NCBI RefSeq assembly: GCF_001194135.2
Contig: NC_068987.1
Span: forward strand, 46,311,323-46,351,962
Direction: 5' to 3'
From: Octopus bimaculoides
Taxonomy: Eukaryota
DNA: 40,640 nt
Shown here: positions 11,663-23,439 of the stretch, piece after piece
Layout: each line of letters opens with the position of its first letter
How positions within the stretch are numbered: position 1 is the stretch's first letter
The notes under the pieces: generated by a model
Seen by the model: the letters and a program-made list of their open reading frames with translations, nothing else
Databases searched by the model: none
What the model was told of the DNA's origin: nothing
Program-made: the position numbers and the translations under genes

Positions 11663-13952
11663 CTTAAATCTCCGGCAGGGGGTGGTGGCGAACCCTGCTG
11701 TACTCTTTCACCACAACTTTCTCTCACTCTTTCTTCCTGTTTCTGCTGTACCTGTATTTCAATGGGCCAGCCTTGTCACACTCTGTGTCACGCTGAATCT
11801 CCCTGAGAACTGTATTATGGGTACACGTGTCTGTGGAGTGCTCAGCCACTTGCACGTTAATTTCACGAGCAGGCTCTTCCGTTGATCGCATCAACTGGAA
11901 CCCTCGTCGTCATAACCGATGGAGTGCCACGACTGCTGGACTCATCCACCATAACTTCTTAAAACCCGGGAAAACCATTACTGGAGAAACATACTGCCAT
12001 GAAATTGCCAATATGAACGAAAAATTGCTACTCCTCCGTCCCAGACTGGTCAACAGAAGAGGCCCGATCATTCTTCACGACAATGCTCAACCACACGTTT
12101 CACAAATGACGCTCCAGAAGTTGAGGGAACTTGGCTACGAAGTTTTCCCCTGCCCAGCTTATTCCCCAGACCTTTCTCCTACCGACTACCACTTTTTCAA
12201 GCACCTTGATGGTTTCCTGCGAGAGAAGGAGTTTAAAAATCAAACCGATGCTGAAAGTGCATTCAAAGAGTTCATCAGCTCCAGAACTTTAGATTTTTAT
12301 GTAAAACGTGTAACTCGCTGGCAAAAATGTATTAATTATAATGGTATTTACTTTGAGGAATAAAATTTCCACACTGTTGAAATATATTGTGATGAATTTC
12401 ATGTTTCAAAACATTGACTACTTCTTACTCAGCCTGATACTTAAAAGGTCGTGCACCAAAAGAAACTTTCGGTGAGATGAAAGAAGTTTATGGTGACGAT
12501 GAACCATCAGACGACATAATCAAGTACTGGTATCGCCAGATCAAATGTGGTCGGATATCATTGAAAACTGCTCCTTTTCTTGAACGACCACATTCCGCCA
12601 TTGATAATGACACCATCCAATATGTGGAAGCCGCCACCTTGGAAGATAGTCGCATAACTATTCAGCAACTAGCCCAAGAAGTGAAGATAAGTGTAGGGTC
12701 CATGGAAAAAAAATCGTTCACGGCCATTTGCACATGCGGAAGTTGTTTGCGCGATGGATTCCCCGGATGCTCACACTTTTTCAGAAGCAGAAACGAGTCA
12801 ATTGTTCCCAGGCTCTTTTGGCAATGTGCCAAGAAAACGAGGAGGACTTTTTCAGCAAACTTATCACACAGGATGAAATATGGGTCCATCACTATGATCC
12901 TGAGACTAAATTCCAGTCGAAGCAATGGAAGCATAACTCACCACCTTCAAAGAAGGCTCGTGTCCAACCCTCAGCAGGCAAGATGATGCTCCATAGTCTT
13001 TTGGGACTAGCGCGGAATTGTGATGATGGCTTTTCTGGCAAAGGGCACCACAATTATCATGCTTCTCTGCTGCAGAAATTGCGGGACGCGATGGGAGAAG
13101 TGTGTCACCATTGGCGGTGACTATGTAGAAAAGGACTTATAGATATACCAAGTTTCGTTTATCTCAGTCCTTTGGAAGTGGGTCAGGGGGAATACTTAAT
13201 GAACACCCGCTCGTATGCATGTTCTTCTCTTCCTCTCTTTAATTTTAAAATAAATTTTTATCGCACCCCCCCCCCTACTTGGTTGCAAGGTTGTGAAGGA
13301 AAGTTATCTTCTTTTAACCATTATTCTTTAAATTTTAAGGTCTTGCAGATTTTTATCGTCCCAGATATCATGGTCATTTGTAGCTTTTGAATTAAGGATT
13401 TGCATTCTCTCCCCAAGATCCCAAGTTCAGCCATACTTTGCTCCGGATGGGTATACATGTATGTATGTATGTATGTATGTATGCATGCATGTATGCATGT
13501 ATGTATGCATGTGTGTATGTATGTATAAACATGTATATGTGTGTATGTATGGAAGACGAATTAACATTGATGGTGTAGTGTCTTTCTGCTTGGGTCCCAC
13601 AAGTCTGTGAGATGCCAAGTACCATCAGTCATGTCATAGACTAAAAGGGGCCCAAATTAAGGGTTTAGTATATCTAGGTTAGCTCTAGTGTATTTACTAT
13701 CACTGTTTACTTGCTCCATGCTGAATATCAATGAAGTCAATATAAAGATCAATAAGAGATATAACAGTGTTGTGATAGTGTGGCAGGCAGTATGTATCTA
13801 GGTTAGTGAAATATCGATGTTATAACAAAACAAAGAGCTAGCAACATTGATTGATATATAACGTTCTTTTGTATTGGATCTCATTGCTGCTTCCAATTGG
13901 TGTTGGCGGCGGAGACTAGGAGTGTGGGTGTGGTGTGGCCAACGGAGAAGTG

Positions 13953-13956
13953 ATGC

Positions 13957-14011
<55 letters not shown>

Positions 14012-14049
14012 GCTGCTGGTGGTGGTGGTGGTGGTGGTGATGTTACTGC

Positions 14050-14090
<41 letters not shown>

Positions 14091-14250
14091 ATGAGAAGGA
14101 GGCGGATGGCAATGATAATGGTGATGGTGGTGACGATTATGATCATGGTGATGATGATGATGAGAAGATGGGGAGGAAGATGAGGGAGATGACGGTGGGG
14201 TGATGGTGAATGATGAAGATGAAGATGAGGAGGAGGAGGATAATGATGAT
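13953..14250. repeat. Compound trinucleotide microsatellite (GTT)(GGT)(GCT)(GAT)
   Basis: Seen directly. Confidence 0.95.
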
Positions 14251-15179
14251 GTGGGGAAGAAGGAGATGTAGGTATGTAATGTGGGGGAGGTTGAATTGTC
14301 AGAGGCAGAATGATGGCGTAGTTGTATGGGGGTGGGGTGCGAGTGTGTGTATGTGTGCGTGCGCGCGCTTATGAATGTGCAAGTGTGTAGTAATAATTAT
14401 GTGTATGTACATTGGTATGACTGCGTGTTAGATTAGTGTGTGTCAGTGTGGGCATGTGTGTATCTATGTTTTTATGTGTTTGTGTGTGTGTGTGTATGTG
14501 TGTGTGTTTATGGGGAGGTTCGCACGTGCATGGAGCAGAGGGTAAAAGTATGTATAAAAGGGGTATAGAATGTATGTATGTTTGAGGAGGCGATGGAGTG
14601 ACTGGTGGATGGAAGTACTGAGATGTATGTGTGCATAAGTGGGTGTATGTGTCCGTGCGTGTGTGAGTATGCATGTGCATGTGTGTGTCTGTAAGTGTGC
14701 ACGCGCGCGTGTGTGAAGGCATCGTTTTTGCGTTTCCCTTCAAAACACATTTTATTCGAGTATTACTATAAATGAAATTTTCTTTGGAGTACTAATAAAA
14801 TCAACTATAATTGCCTAAAGAGAGGCTGCCCTCTACGTCCGGCGGTGGACAACAGAAAAAAAGTGGTTCCTTTCAAAATTTAATTCACACATGTTACCCT
14901 TTCATATCCAAAATGGCTACCATACATAATTACACAATACGACTGAACACGGCAATGACTAAAACATAGCACAAAAGGAAAAGACGCAACTGAATGTAGT
15001 AAAGGAAGAAGACAAGGAACCGTATAAGGAACAATTAAGGGAATAAAATGGTCCAAATATTCAAATAAGTTAGTATAATACAACGACAATAAGAAGAAGT
15101 GCAATTACAGTAGCGACTCACACAAAGTCAAATTCTGCCTCCCGATTATATAATAAACTGTGTGAAGGCAATCCTTCCG

Positions 15180-16200
15180 TTAATACAAAATGGACTAACG
15201 GAACTTTTGGACCTATCACACTCGCAAAAGAGAAAAGTGTAAGCAAGGGAATTTCGCAAAACCAAACAGAATTGCTTTGCGACAGGAAATAATCCAGGAG
15301 ACGGCAAAGGGTAAAAATTAAATATCTCTGCTTATAGAAAGACAGAAGCGCATTAAATCTTCCTCACATCAAGTAGTACAACAGACTCCCAAGGAACATA
15401 TTAGGAGTTCTCTCAACTAAAAAAAAAAAAAGGCAAAAGCTATGGCACTATCTGCTATACCTTTAAAACTGAAAACAGCTAAAAGAGGCTGAAATTCTCA
15501 GACATACCTATGACTATGCATGTGTGCCCCAGTACTGGGGTCAAAGAAATACAAGAGTGATGAAAAGAGACATTGGATACAATGTAGACCGATAGTTAAC
15601 AGTGACTTTTGTGTCACATTATGTGGAAGTTGCCAAAGCAAGCTTAACGAAAAATTAGATCTCGTAGAGGGGAATCAAAATGATCTTGTAAATCCTAATG
15701 TCCCCTACCAAAAGCCACACATCCGTACCAGAACTGAGCTGAGTAGAAGGCGCTGAGGCGAAGAGTATTAGATGAATGATATAGTGCAGAAAGCCTAGTT
15801 GCTACATTTGTCAAAGCAAAACACCTCTTAGAGCTGAATTCTCGGAAAAATGGAACGATTAAGAAAAAAAAAACATAAGGAAAACGAAAATAAGGGAGAG
15901 CAAACGGAACAATAAATCCTAATTTCCAGAACACGAATACCAGAAAAAGATGAATAATCATCTCGTCTCCTATCTGTAGTACCGCACCTTAATCAAGCGA
16001 TGACAATCCACAAACAATCGATAAAAATGGGGAAAATCAGAACAAATGAAGATTCAGCATAAAACAATGCAAAAGACGTAAGAAAGAAAAATTTCTTCCA
16101 AGTGACAACGAAATCTTGCCTCAGGAAAATAAGAGAAAAAATGAAGGGGCGAATATTCACCGTTCTTTGAAAATCAAACAAGACAGCAGACGTAATCACA
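15180..16200 (+). mobile_element. Possible decayed ORF1-like retroelement remnant
   Basis: RKPSCYICQSKTPLRAEF at 15788-15841 is two point changes from a CX2CX4HX4C knuckle. The flanks have many stops and a Lys/Glu-rich tail. Confidence 0.3.
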
Positions 16201-16429
16201 CATCTCTAGTGCTACGGACTCTCTAAAGTTGTTAGAGTAACACAGAAAGAATTAGGTTCAGAATATAAACAAATGGAAAAGATCGATTTCTAATCAAATT
16301 AAAATTTATACATAATAGCCTCAAAATATTGGTGCTTTCAGCACCAAATTCCACAAAATGTGCTTAGTGGTGCATTTAGATGGCACTCAAATCTGAAGAA
16401 TGGTTAAGTGAATGCAAAGATGTGTATGC

Positions 16430-16620
16430 ATAAATACAGCATTTGTTCTGGTTCTTAATACTTTAGGTTTAAATTCTGCCGAGGTCAAATTTGCCGCTTG
16501 CATTTTTAGAGTCAATGAAATACAGTACCAGTCAGGTACTGGGTCGATATAATAGACTTGCCTCCCACCTCCTTAAAATTGGTAGCCCTGTGCCAAAATA
16601 TGAAACGATTATTAAACTAA
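16430..16620 (+). mobile_element. SINE fragment, family 4
   Basis: Core TTCTGCCGAGGTCAA..AATACAGTACCAGTCA..GGTCGAT shared with 32510-32725 (+) and 16930-17100 (-). Confidence 0.6.
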
Positions 16621-16929
16621 TTATTGACAGCAGTGTATAAGTGAGTTAGTAGAATAACAGAGGGAAAAAATCCCTTTTGTATATAGTTGTACCCTTCTAT
16701 ATTCGGTGTTCAAATCCCACCAGGATTAACTTCTAATTTCTCCTAATACGAAATAAATCAGTCATATAGTGATAACATACCTTCACACTACACGATAATT
16801 TGAAGGAATGTAATTGAATAACTAAATACGTAAGGTTTTTCTGCTCTACTAAATCCTGCTGTTAGTCAGCAACAAATTAATTACTTCAATCATATGCAAG
16901 AAGCCAGAAATATGGAGGAGGAGGTTCAT

Positions 16930-17290
16930 TGATATCATAAACCCAATAACTTGACTGGTATTTTATTTAAAGGACCCAAGAAGAATGAGAGGCAAAGTTG
17001 ACCTTGAAGAAATATTGACTCAGAACATAAAGTTCATAAGGAGTCAGAAGAAATATCGCCCAGCGTCTTGTCTGATACGCTAACAATTTTACCAGTTTTT
17101 TGTCTTCATGAAAATTATAATAATAATTCTTTCTACTATGGGAGCAAAGCCTGAAATTTTAGGGGAGGGAAGTCAATTACATCGACCTCAAAAGGATGAA
17201 AGGCAGAGTTGAATTTGAAATCTGAACGTACAGCCAGAAAAAAATACAAGGCGTTTTCTCCGAAACGATAACGATTCTGCTAGCTCGAAT
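16930..17290 (-). mobile_element. Two decayed family-4 SINE fragments
   Basis: Reverse-complement matches to the core at 16473-16560 (e.g. GACTGGTATTTTATTT..GGCAAAGTTGACC; GATGAAAGGCAGAGTTGA). Confidence 0.5.
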
Positions 17291-18365
17291 AGCAATAATA
17301 TTTTTTTCGTGGCGGTTTGGCCCCTCATCTGGGATGCCACATGCTGCGGCAACTTGGTGTGTTCAGCTACCAGACCAGGCTCCGCTGTTCCTCGTCAGGC
17401 TGAGTAAAGCAAACTGTCAAAAATCGGTAGCTCTCCGACAAGTTTATGATCGAGCTTATGGCGGTGGAGACCTCCAGCGTTCTCAACCCTCGGGCCATAT
17501 CTCTACTCATCGCTATCGGGGCGCTATCCACAAGTGTAATCCCCATGAGTCACAATATCTGTTCCAGTGCATCTCCCTCACCATCTTCCGGAGTAACGCT
17601 TTTCCGTTTTGTTTTCAATGAGGCGGTCTGAATTACAGGAAATCGAGTTAATGTAAGAATTTCGTTGGTTTCTACACGAATACTAAGCTTATTCGTTTTT
17701 TTTATCATTTGGTACAAAGGCAGACATTTTGAGAGAAGGTGAAGAGAAACTGAATGAATCCCAGGAGTGGTGAGGATTTATTTCATCAACCTGGGAAAGG
17801 TAAACTATAAAACATTGGGTTGACCAGAGCTTTGATGAGGAAACTTCATAGAAGCCCACGGGAGAGACAGCTCCTATCTTTATGTTGTACACTAATCTAA
17901 CATCCAGTTTTACAGGATTTTCCTCGCAAATATGGTGTCGGTAGCCTTCGTCTATCATTTCTACGTGGAGAATAATTTCTATGAAATCTCCTTCCAACTA
18001 CCTAGATACAGACTAATACAAAGAAAATGTTGTTCTTTCATTCTTCTCTCTAGATATATTTTCTTTTTCATGGCTCCCCTTCTGAATAAACGGATGTTTG
18101 TATATCGTTAAAATATTTGGAACTTCTTCAACATGCATTGTTTATTCAAGTTAAAGGGATTAATAATGCTATACATATACTGCACTGGTTTGTGTTAAAT
18201 AATATATTTCACTCTCTCCATAATAGATTACAGATATTTAGTGAAAAAATATGTATATAAATAAATAGCTATTTTAAAAGTACATGTGCGCGCGTGCGTT
18301 TGTGTATGAACATATGTAATGTGTGCATGTATGTATGTATTATCATCATCATCAACATCATCATC

Positions 18366-18397
<32 letters not shown>

Positions 18398-18415
18398 CAT
18401 CATCATCATTATCAT

Positions 18416-18610
18416 CGTCATAATTTAACGTCCATTTTCCATGCTGGCAAGGGTTGAACGGTTTGATAGCCGGTAAGCCGGAGAGCTATTTTGGTATGGC
18501 TTCCACAGCTTGATACCCTTCCTAACGCCAACCACATTTTACAGAAAGTACTGGGTGTTTTTTTTTATGCGGCACCAGTACAGGAACTATTTACGCGGCA
18601 CCAGCACGGG
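18416..18610 (-). mobile_element. SINE fragment, family 3, with (CAT)n tail at 18341-18420
   Basis: TTTAACGTCCATTTTCCATGCTGG...CCCTTCCTAACGCCAACC is the reverse complement of the 7575-7745 type. Confidence 0.65.
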
Positions 18611-19074
18611 TGTCCATACATGTATGTATATATGTATGTATGTATATATGTATGTATATATGTATGTATGTATGTATTTATATATATATATATATATATA
18701 TATNNNNNNNNNNNNNNNNNNNNNNNNNNNNNNNNNNNNNNNNNNNNNNNNNNNNNNNNNNNNNNNNNNNNNNNNNNNNNNNNNNNNNNNNNNNNNNNNN
18801 NNNNNNNNNNNNNAGAGACGAACCACCACTCTACAACTCAGTCAACGAAGAACCCGTCCAAAACCATGCTGTGAGGCATATACCATATAAATACTTATCT
18901 AAGATTTTAATCTAAAATTTTAATAATTTTAATAATATATAATATATCATATAAAGAAACATTCATCATAAAAATATTAATTTAAAAATCAAATAAAGTA
19001 TAAATAGGACAGTAAAAATTAATACAATAATATAATGCGTAAAAGTATAAAAGTATAAAGGTCAGTGCTTGTAC

Positions 19075-20290
19075 ATAGACTACGCGCGTTTCATGACTGA
19101 AATAGGACTATATAAAACCATAAGCAAATTCTATCTAAAATGTGTCCTTGCATCTTTTGTTGTCTTTAATAAGTATCTTAATTATATTTAAAATCTCTTT
19201 AATAATGTTAGTTTTTACCTGTATCCCATAGGGAATTATTAGCCATATTTTATTCTTGTTATTATTACTATGAGGTTTCTTGTTCATATTACTACTTATC
19301 TAGGGCTTCAGATGATTCTTAATGCTGTGTTTATTATAATAGAAGGTGTATTCATCATTTAAATTATCTTTTAAATTATAATTATATTTAGAATTGTTGA
19401 AAGATTTAATATTATTATTATATCCCGCCTTATGAAGCGCTTCATTATAATATGGTGCATGTTTATTGAATATCTCATAGTTGAAAGAAAGTACTGAAAT
19501 TCTTTTCCCTATATTATTTACTAACGCTTTCTTAATAGAAGGTGGATGGTTACTCTTAGCATTAATATATTTCAGGTTTTCGCTAATTTTATGGTAAGGT
19601 TGGGTTATACCTGTTATTAAGTTAAAATTTACATCTAAGTAGTTAACATTGCTATATTCGTTATAAATTGTAATCCTAAGCCCATTTCTTTTAAAGAAAC
19701 TATATATTTTCTTCTTATATATTTCTAATGTTCTATTCGTGCTATTTTTCGTTATTAGCAGGAGGTCATCTCTGTATAATCCACCCTCCAATTTAAGATT
19801 TTCTAATTGGAGTTCTGCTAATAAGTAAATTCCTACTAGGTCTGTAACCTGAGCAGAATCCGGTGCTCCCATAGGGATATCAAAAAAATCCATGGTATCT
19901 TTTCTAGCCCACAATTTATTATTATACCTAATAAACGATTTTCTAGCCATTTTTACTTCATCCTTAGTCATTCCCACCTTATTCATAGCTTATATTCAGG
20001 CCTTATTAAGTACAATTTCATTAATAGATGAATAATAATCCTCTATGTTTATGTGGATAAATTTGTAACTACTACTGTCTTTAATATCTTTAAACCATTT
20101 TAAAGTATTATTTGTGCTAGTCCAGAGTTTCAGGTAATTTAGATTATTTAGTTTATTAATATATTTGTCTAAAATTAACTTAATTTCCCTAAATCCGATT
20201 TACTGGGACATATGCGTCTAATTTTAGGGTCAGAGTAGAAATTGTCTTTATGATCCTTTAAAGTTATCCTAGGGCAGCATTATGGATGCT
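19075..20290 (-). mobile_element. Penelope-like element, RT core and thumb (decayed), no GIY-YIG visible
   Basis: ORF 19986-19300 carries FDIPMGAPDSAQVTDLVG, GGLYRDD, YLDV and SNHPP. Upstream frames give ITLKDHKDNF and INIEDYYSSI; downstream gives KIWLIIPYGIQVKTNI. A half-hammerhead GAAACGCGCGTA lies at 19081-19092 (-). Confidence 0.85.
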
Positions 20291-20620
20291 GTAAGTAGCA
20301 TAGAGGTGAAATGAAGCCACCAATGGCCATATTGTATTATGGATTTCACAGCTTTTTCAGTAGCAAGAAACTACATGAAGACCAAGAAGATATTGTGATA
20401 CTGGTAAATGACATGTTTGAAGAATTTTTTTAGAAGATGACGTGGTTCAGTTGCTAGGGTCTCATACAAAAAGTTTGTATAATGAGAAGCTGATATTCAA
20501 AAAAGAGTAAGCTTTTAAAGAGAGGGTTTGTCTACGGAGTAGAGAATTCTCATTTCAAAAAATATGGCTAAAGAGTTGGCCCTTATAAAGGAAGGTCTCC
20601 AAACAAATGATAACTGTTAC
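20290..20620 (+). mobile_element. Possible pogo/Tigger-like transposase C-terminal remnant
   Basis: LEDDVVQLLGSHTKSLYNEKL resembles the Tigger EDVxELLxSH..LTNEEL motif; heavily decayed. Confidence 0.3.
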
Positions 20621-20630
20621 ATGAGTTTAT

Positions 20631-20787
20631 CAAGGGCGGACCCAAGGGGTGGGGCTTAGGGGCACGTGCCCCACTCAAAAAAAGAAGTGCGCCTTTCTAA
20701 ATAATATTATTACGCCCTTTTCTCCTGGAATTGTATTCCTTTCTGACCTTGTGCCCTGCTTTCGAAAAATTCCTAGGACCGCGCCTG
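20631..20787. mobile_element. Short hAT-like MITE
   Basis: Ends CAAGGGCGGACCCA / rc CAGGCGCGGTCCTA, with GTTTAT on both flanks as a partial TSD. Confidence 0.4.
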
Positions 20788-21079
20788 GTTTATAATATAC
20801 CCAGTTCTTTCTTACATTGTGCTATTGAAGGAGACGATGCACTATAAAAACGAAACACCTTTGGATGAGTTCTCCTTCATAGCAGACGTCCCCCATTTTC
20901 CTAGTAATTCACATAACTCCGTCACTAATCAAACAATAGTCAACATCACTTATGGTAAGTGCATACAATAGCACACTATACTATTTTATTCTCTGATTTA
21001 TATCTCTTAAATATGAATGCGTGTTTGTGTTTGTGTGTATGTGTGGGTATGCGCGTGCGCGTGTCTATGTATAGACACA

Positions 21080-21397
21080 CAACGCTTACGACGACGAAGT
21101 TTTCAGCTGATCGGAACAACGGAACAGCCGGCTCGTGAAATTAACCTCCAAGTGCTTGAGCATTCCACAGACATGCGCACCCTTAACGTAAATGTCAGGA
21201 ATATTCAGTGTGACACAAAATGTGACGAGGCTGGTCCTTTGAGGCACGGTTACAACGCACTTTTGCCAGCTGAGTAAATTGGAGCAACATGAAATAAAGC
21301 ACCTTGTCCAAGTACACAACGCACCGCCGTGAATCAACTGATCGAACTCACAGCCTTACGATCACAAGCCGAATATGCCTAACCACTAAACCGCGCA
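21080..21397 (-). mobile_element. tRNA-derived SINE sharing its 3' tail with family 2 but with a different head and core
   Basis: rc head GCGCGGTTTAGTGGTTAGG..GAGTTCGATC. The tail CCAGCCTCGTCACA..TTAATTTCACGAGC..CTGTTCCGTTG matches 11765-11915. Confidence 0.75.
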
Positions 21398-21441
21398 TAC
21401 ATACACATATACATACTACATACATACATATAAACATATAT

Positions 21442-21610
21442 GTTGTGGTGAAAGAGTACAGCAGGGTTCGCCACCATCCCTTGCCGGAACCTCGTGGAAC
21501 TTTAGGTGTTTTCGCTCAATAAACACTCAAAACGCCCGGTCTGGGAATCGAAACCGCGATCCTATGACCGCGATCTCGCTGCCCTAACCACTGGGCCATT
21601 GCGCCTCCAC
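21442..21610 (-). mobile_element. Family-2 SINE 5' portion
   Basis: Reverse complement of the 11161-11303 head and of 11686-11712. Confidence 0.85.
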
Positions 21611-22075
21611 ACACACACACACACACACNNNNNNNNNNNNNNNNNNNNNNNNNNNNNNNNNNNNNNNNNNNNNNNNNNNNNNNNNNNNNNNNNNNNNNNN
21701 NNNNNNNNNNNNNNNNNNNNNNNNNNNNNNNNNNNNNNNNNNNNNNNNNNNNNNNNNNNNNNNNNNNNNNNNNNNNNNNNNNNNNNNNNNNNNNNNNNNN
21801 NNNNNNNNNNNNNNNNNNNNNNNNNNNNNNNNNNNNNNNNNNNNNNNNNNNNNNNNNNNNNNNNNNNNNNNNNNNNNNNNNNNNNNNNNNNNNNNNNNNN
21901 NNNNNNNNNNNNNNNNNNNNNNNNNNNNNNNNNNNNNNNNNNNNNNNNNNNNNNNNNNNNNNNNNNNNNNNNNNNNNNNNNNNNNNNNNNNNNNNNNNNN
22001 NNNNNNNNNNNNNNNNNNNNNNNNNNNNNNNNNNNNNNNNNNNNNNNNNNNNNNNNNNNNNNNNNNNNNNNNNNN

Positions 22076-22124
<49 letters not shown>

Positions 22125-22406
22125 CTGTGCGTGTGCTGTTGTGAATGGGTTTAAAATTTGAGATTTTTATGATTAAAAGCAGTTGTTGGCTGGAACCCGC
22201 TAACTTTGATAACAATAACCGTCTGATAACATTATCTGTGATTATAATAACCAGCTTCCATTTTGTTTCATATTTTTATTTCCCCATTTTAGTCTCTCGT
22301 GTTTTCTCTTTCTCACTTTCTATTTTATATTTTGATTCGCATCTTACACCCACAAATTCCGTATTGATTAACAATTGGGAGTTAGGATGATAGCCATCAT
22401 TTTTCC

Positions 22407-22442
<36 letters not shown>

Positions 22443-22722
22443 TATACAAACACACAATTATAAACATAAACAAGCATTGTATGTGAAACAGTGTGCGTGG
22501 AAAAGAATACGTAACAGAAAATAGGTCACCTGACCTGGTCTCATATAGGGCTGTTAAAAGTGGTAGTAGTCGCAGCAGCCGCAGCAGTAGCAGTAGTAGG
22601 TAAGAGCAGTGCGGTTAGGTGGGGATATATGTGTTTATGTAATCGACTAACTCGATTAAAACTTCTGAACACGTATCCCAACATGATCGTAGTTAAATCG
22701 ACAGAAATCTATTACACGTACA

Positions 22723-22845
<123 letters not shown>

Positions 22846-22886
22846 ACACATACGCACACACACACATGTATATATACATATATATA

Positions 22887-23060
22887 TGGGAGAATGTACG
22901 AAAAAACAACAACAGACGAGGACAGGTGGTGTAAACAACAAAAGGATGTATTAGTATGACGCTCGGGAATACGGAAAGTCTTTAACGTTTCGAGCTACGC
23001 TCTTCAACAGAAAGAATACGGAGACAAGGAGAAAAACACGGAGAGAAAAAATTGAATAGT
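22887..23060 (-). mobile_element. PLE terminal-repeat-like fragment carrying a hammerhead
   Basis: A non-repetitive block between microsatellites contains the motif at 22979-23015, on the same strand as the PLE ORF remnant at 23440-24500. Confidence 0.6.
22979..23015 (-). ncRNA. Minimal type I hammerhead ribozyme motif with variant core CUGUUGA
   Basis: rc: UCUUU CUGUUGA A GAGC-GUA-GCUC GAAAC GUU AAAGA. Stem I is 5 bp, stem II 4 bp, stem III the palindrome ACGU, triplet GUU. Confidence 0.7.
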
Positions 23061-23439
23061 GGATGTATGCATGTATTCATACATTATATGGTATGTGTGT
23101 GTGACATCATTGTTTCGTTAGCATGTGTATGTATTTTATAGTTGTGTTGTTGTGAGTGTTGCTGTGTTATGTATCTTGTTTGCAACTGGGTATGAAGCTG
23201 TGTGTTGTTATGTGTGTATTTATGGAAATGTGGATGAAATATTGGAAGTGTACTTCAGTTTATGTGTTTTTATACAATGGTTATGTATGTGGGCGAGCAA
23301 GTGATGCTTTTGTGTGCTATATTGCATATATAGATATACGTATGATACATATACACACATATTGTTGTAGTTGAGCTTGAATATGAATGTATATGTGCGT
23401 AAGTGTGTGAAGTGGCGTTGTGTGTGTGTTAAACAAAAA

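Larger units (their letters stand above)
11161..11931 (+). mobile_element. tRNA-derived SINE, family 2, with 10 bp TSD and internal insertion
   Basis: A-box TGGCCCAGTGG (11175-11185), B-box GTTTCGATTCC (11219-11229). TSD ACTGCTGGAC at 11151-11160 and 11932-11941 within the mariner B ORF. Confidence 0.9.
9093..12437 (+). mobile_element. Mariner B (DD34D) inserted into mariner A and itself interrupted twice
   Basis: TIR TCAGGTTGAGTAAAAAGTAAGCAACGTTTTGAA vs rc TCAGGCTGAGTAAGAAGTAGTCAATGTTTTGAA, TSD TA (left copy CA). Transposase motifs WVPHDL, VTCDEKW, DNAQPH-x34-D (YSPDLSPTDY). Confidence 0.92.
8884..13213 (+). mobile_element. Mariner A, split by a nested insertion (parts 8884-9092 and 12438-13213), internally deleted
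   Basis: TIRs TA|CGAGGGGTGTCCATTAAAG..CTGACCCACTT and its inverted copy ending 13213|TA. The reading MEAVECRSVIRFL|YLKGRAPKETFGEMKEVYGDD is continuous across the insertion. ITQDEIWV is present, but the region with the 2nd and 3rd catalytic Asp is deleted. Confidence 0.9.

Noticed and set aside
13798-14203. Poly-Ala/Pro/Thr/Asp ORFs resembling low-complexity transcription factor regions
   Set aside because: Compound trinucleotide repeat with no flanking domain or splice evidence.
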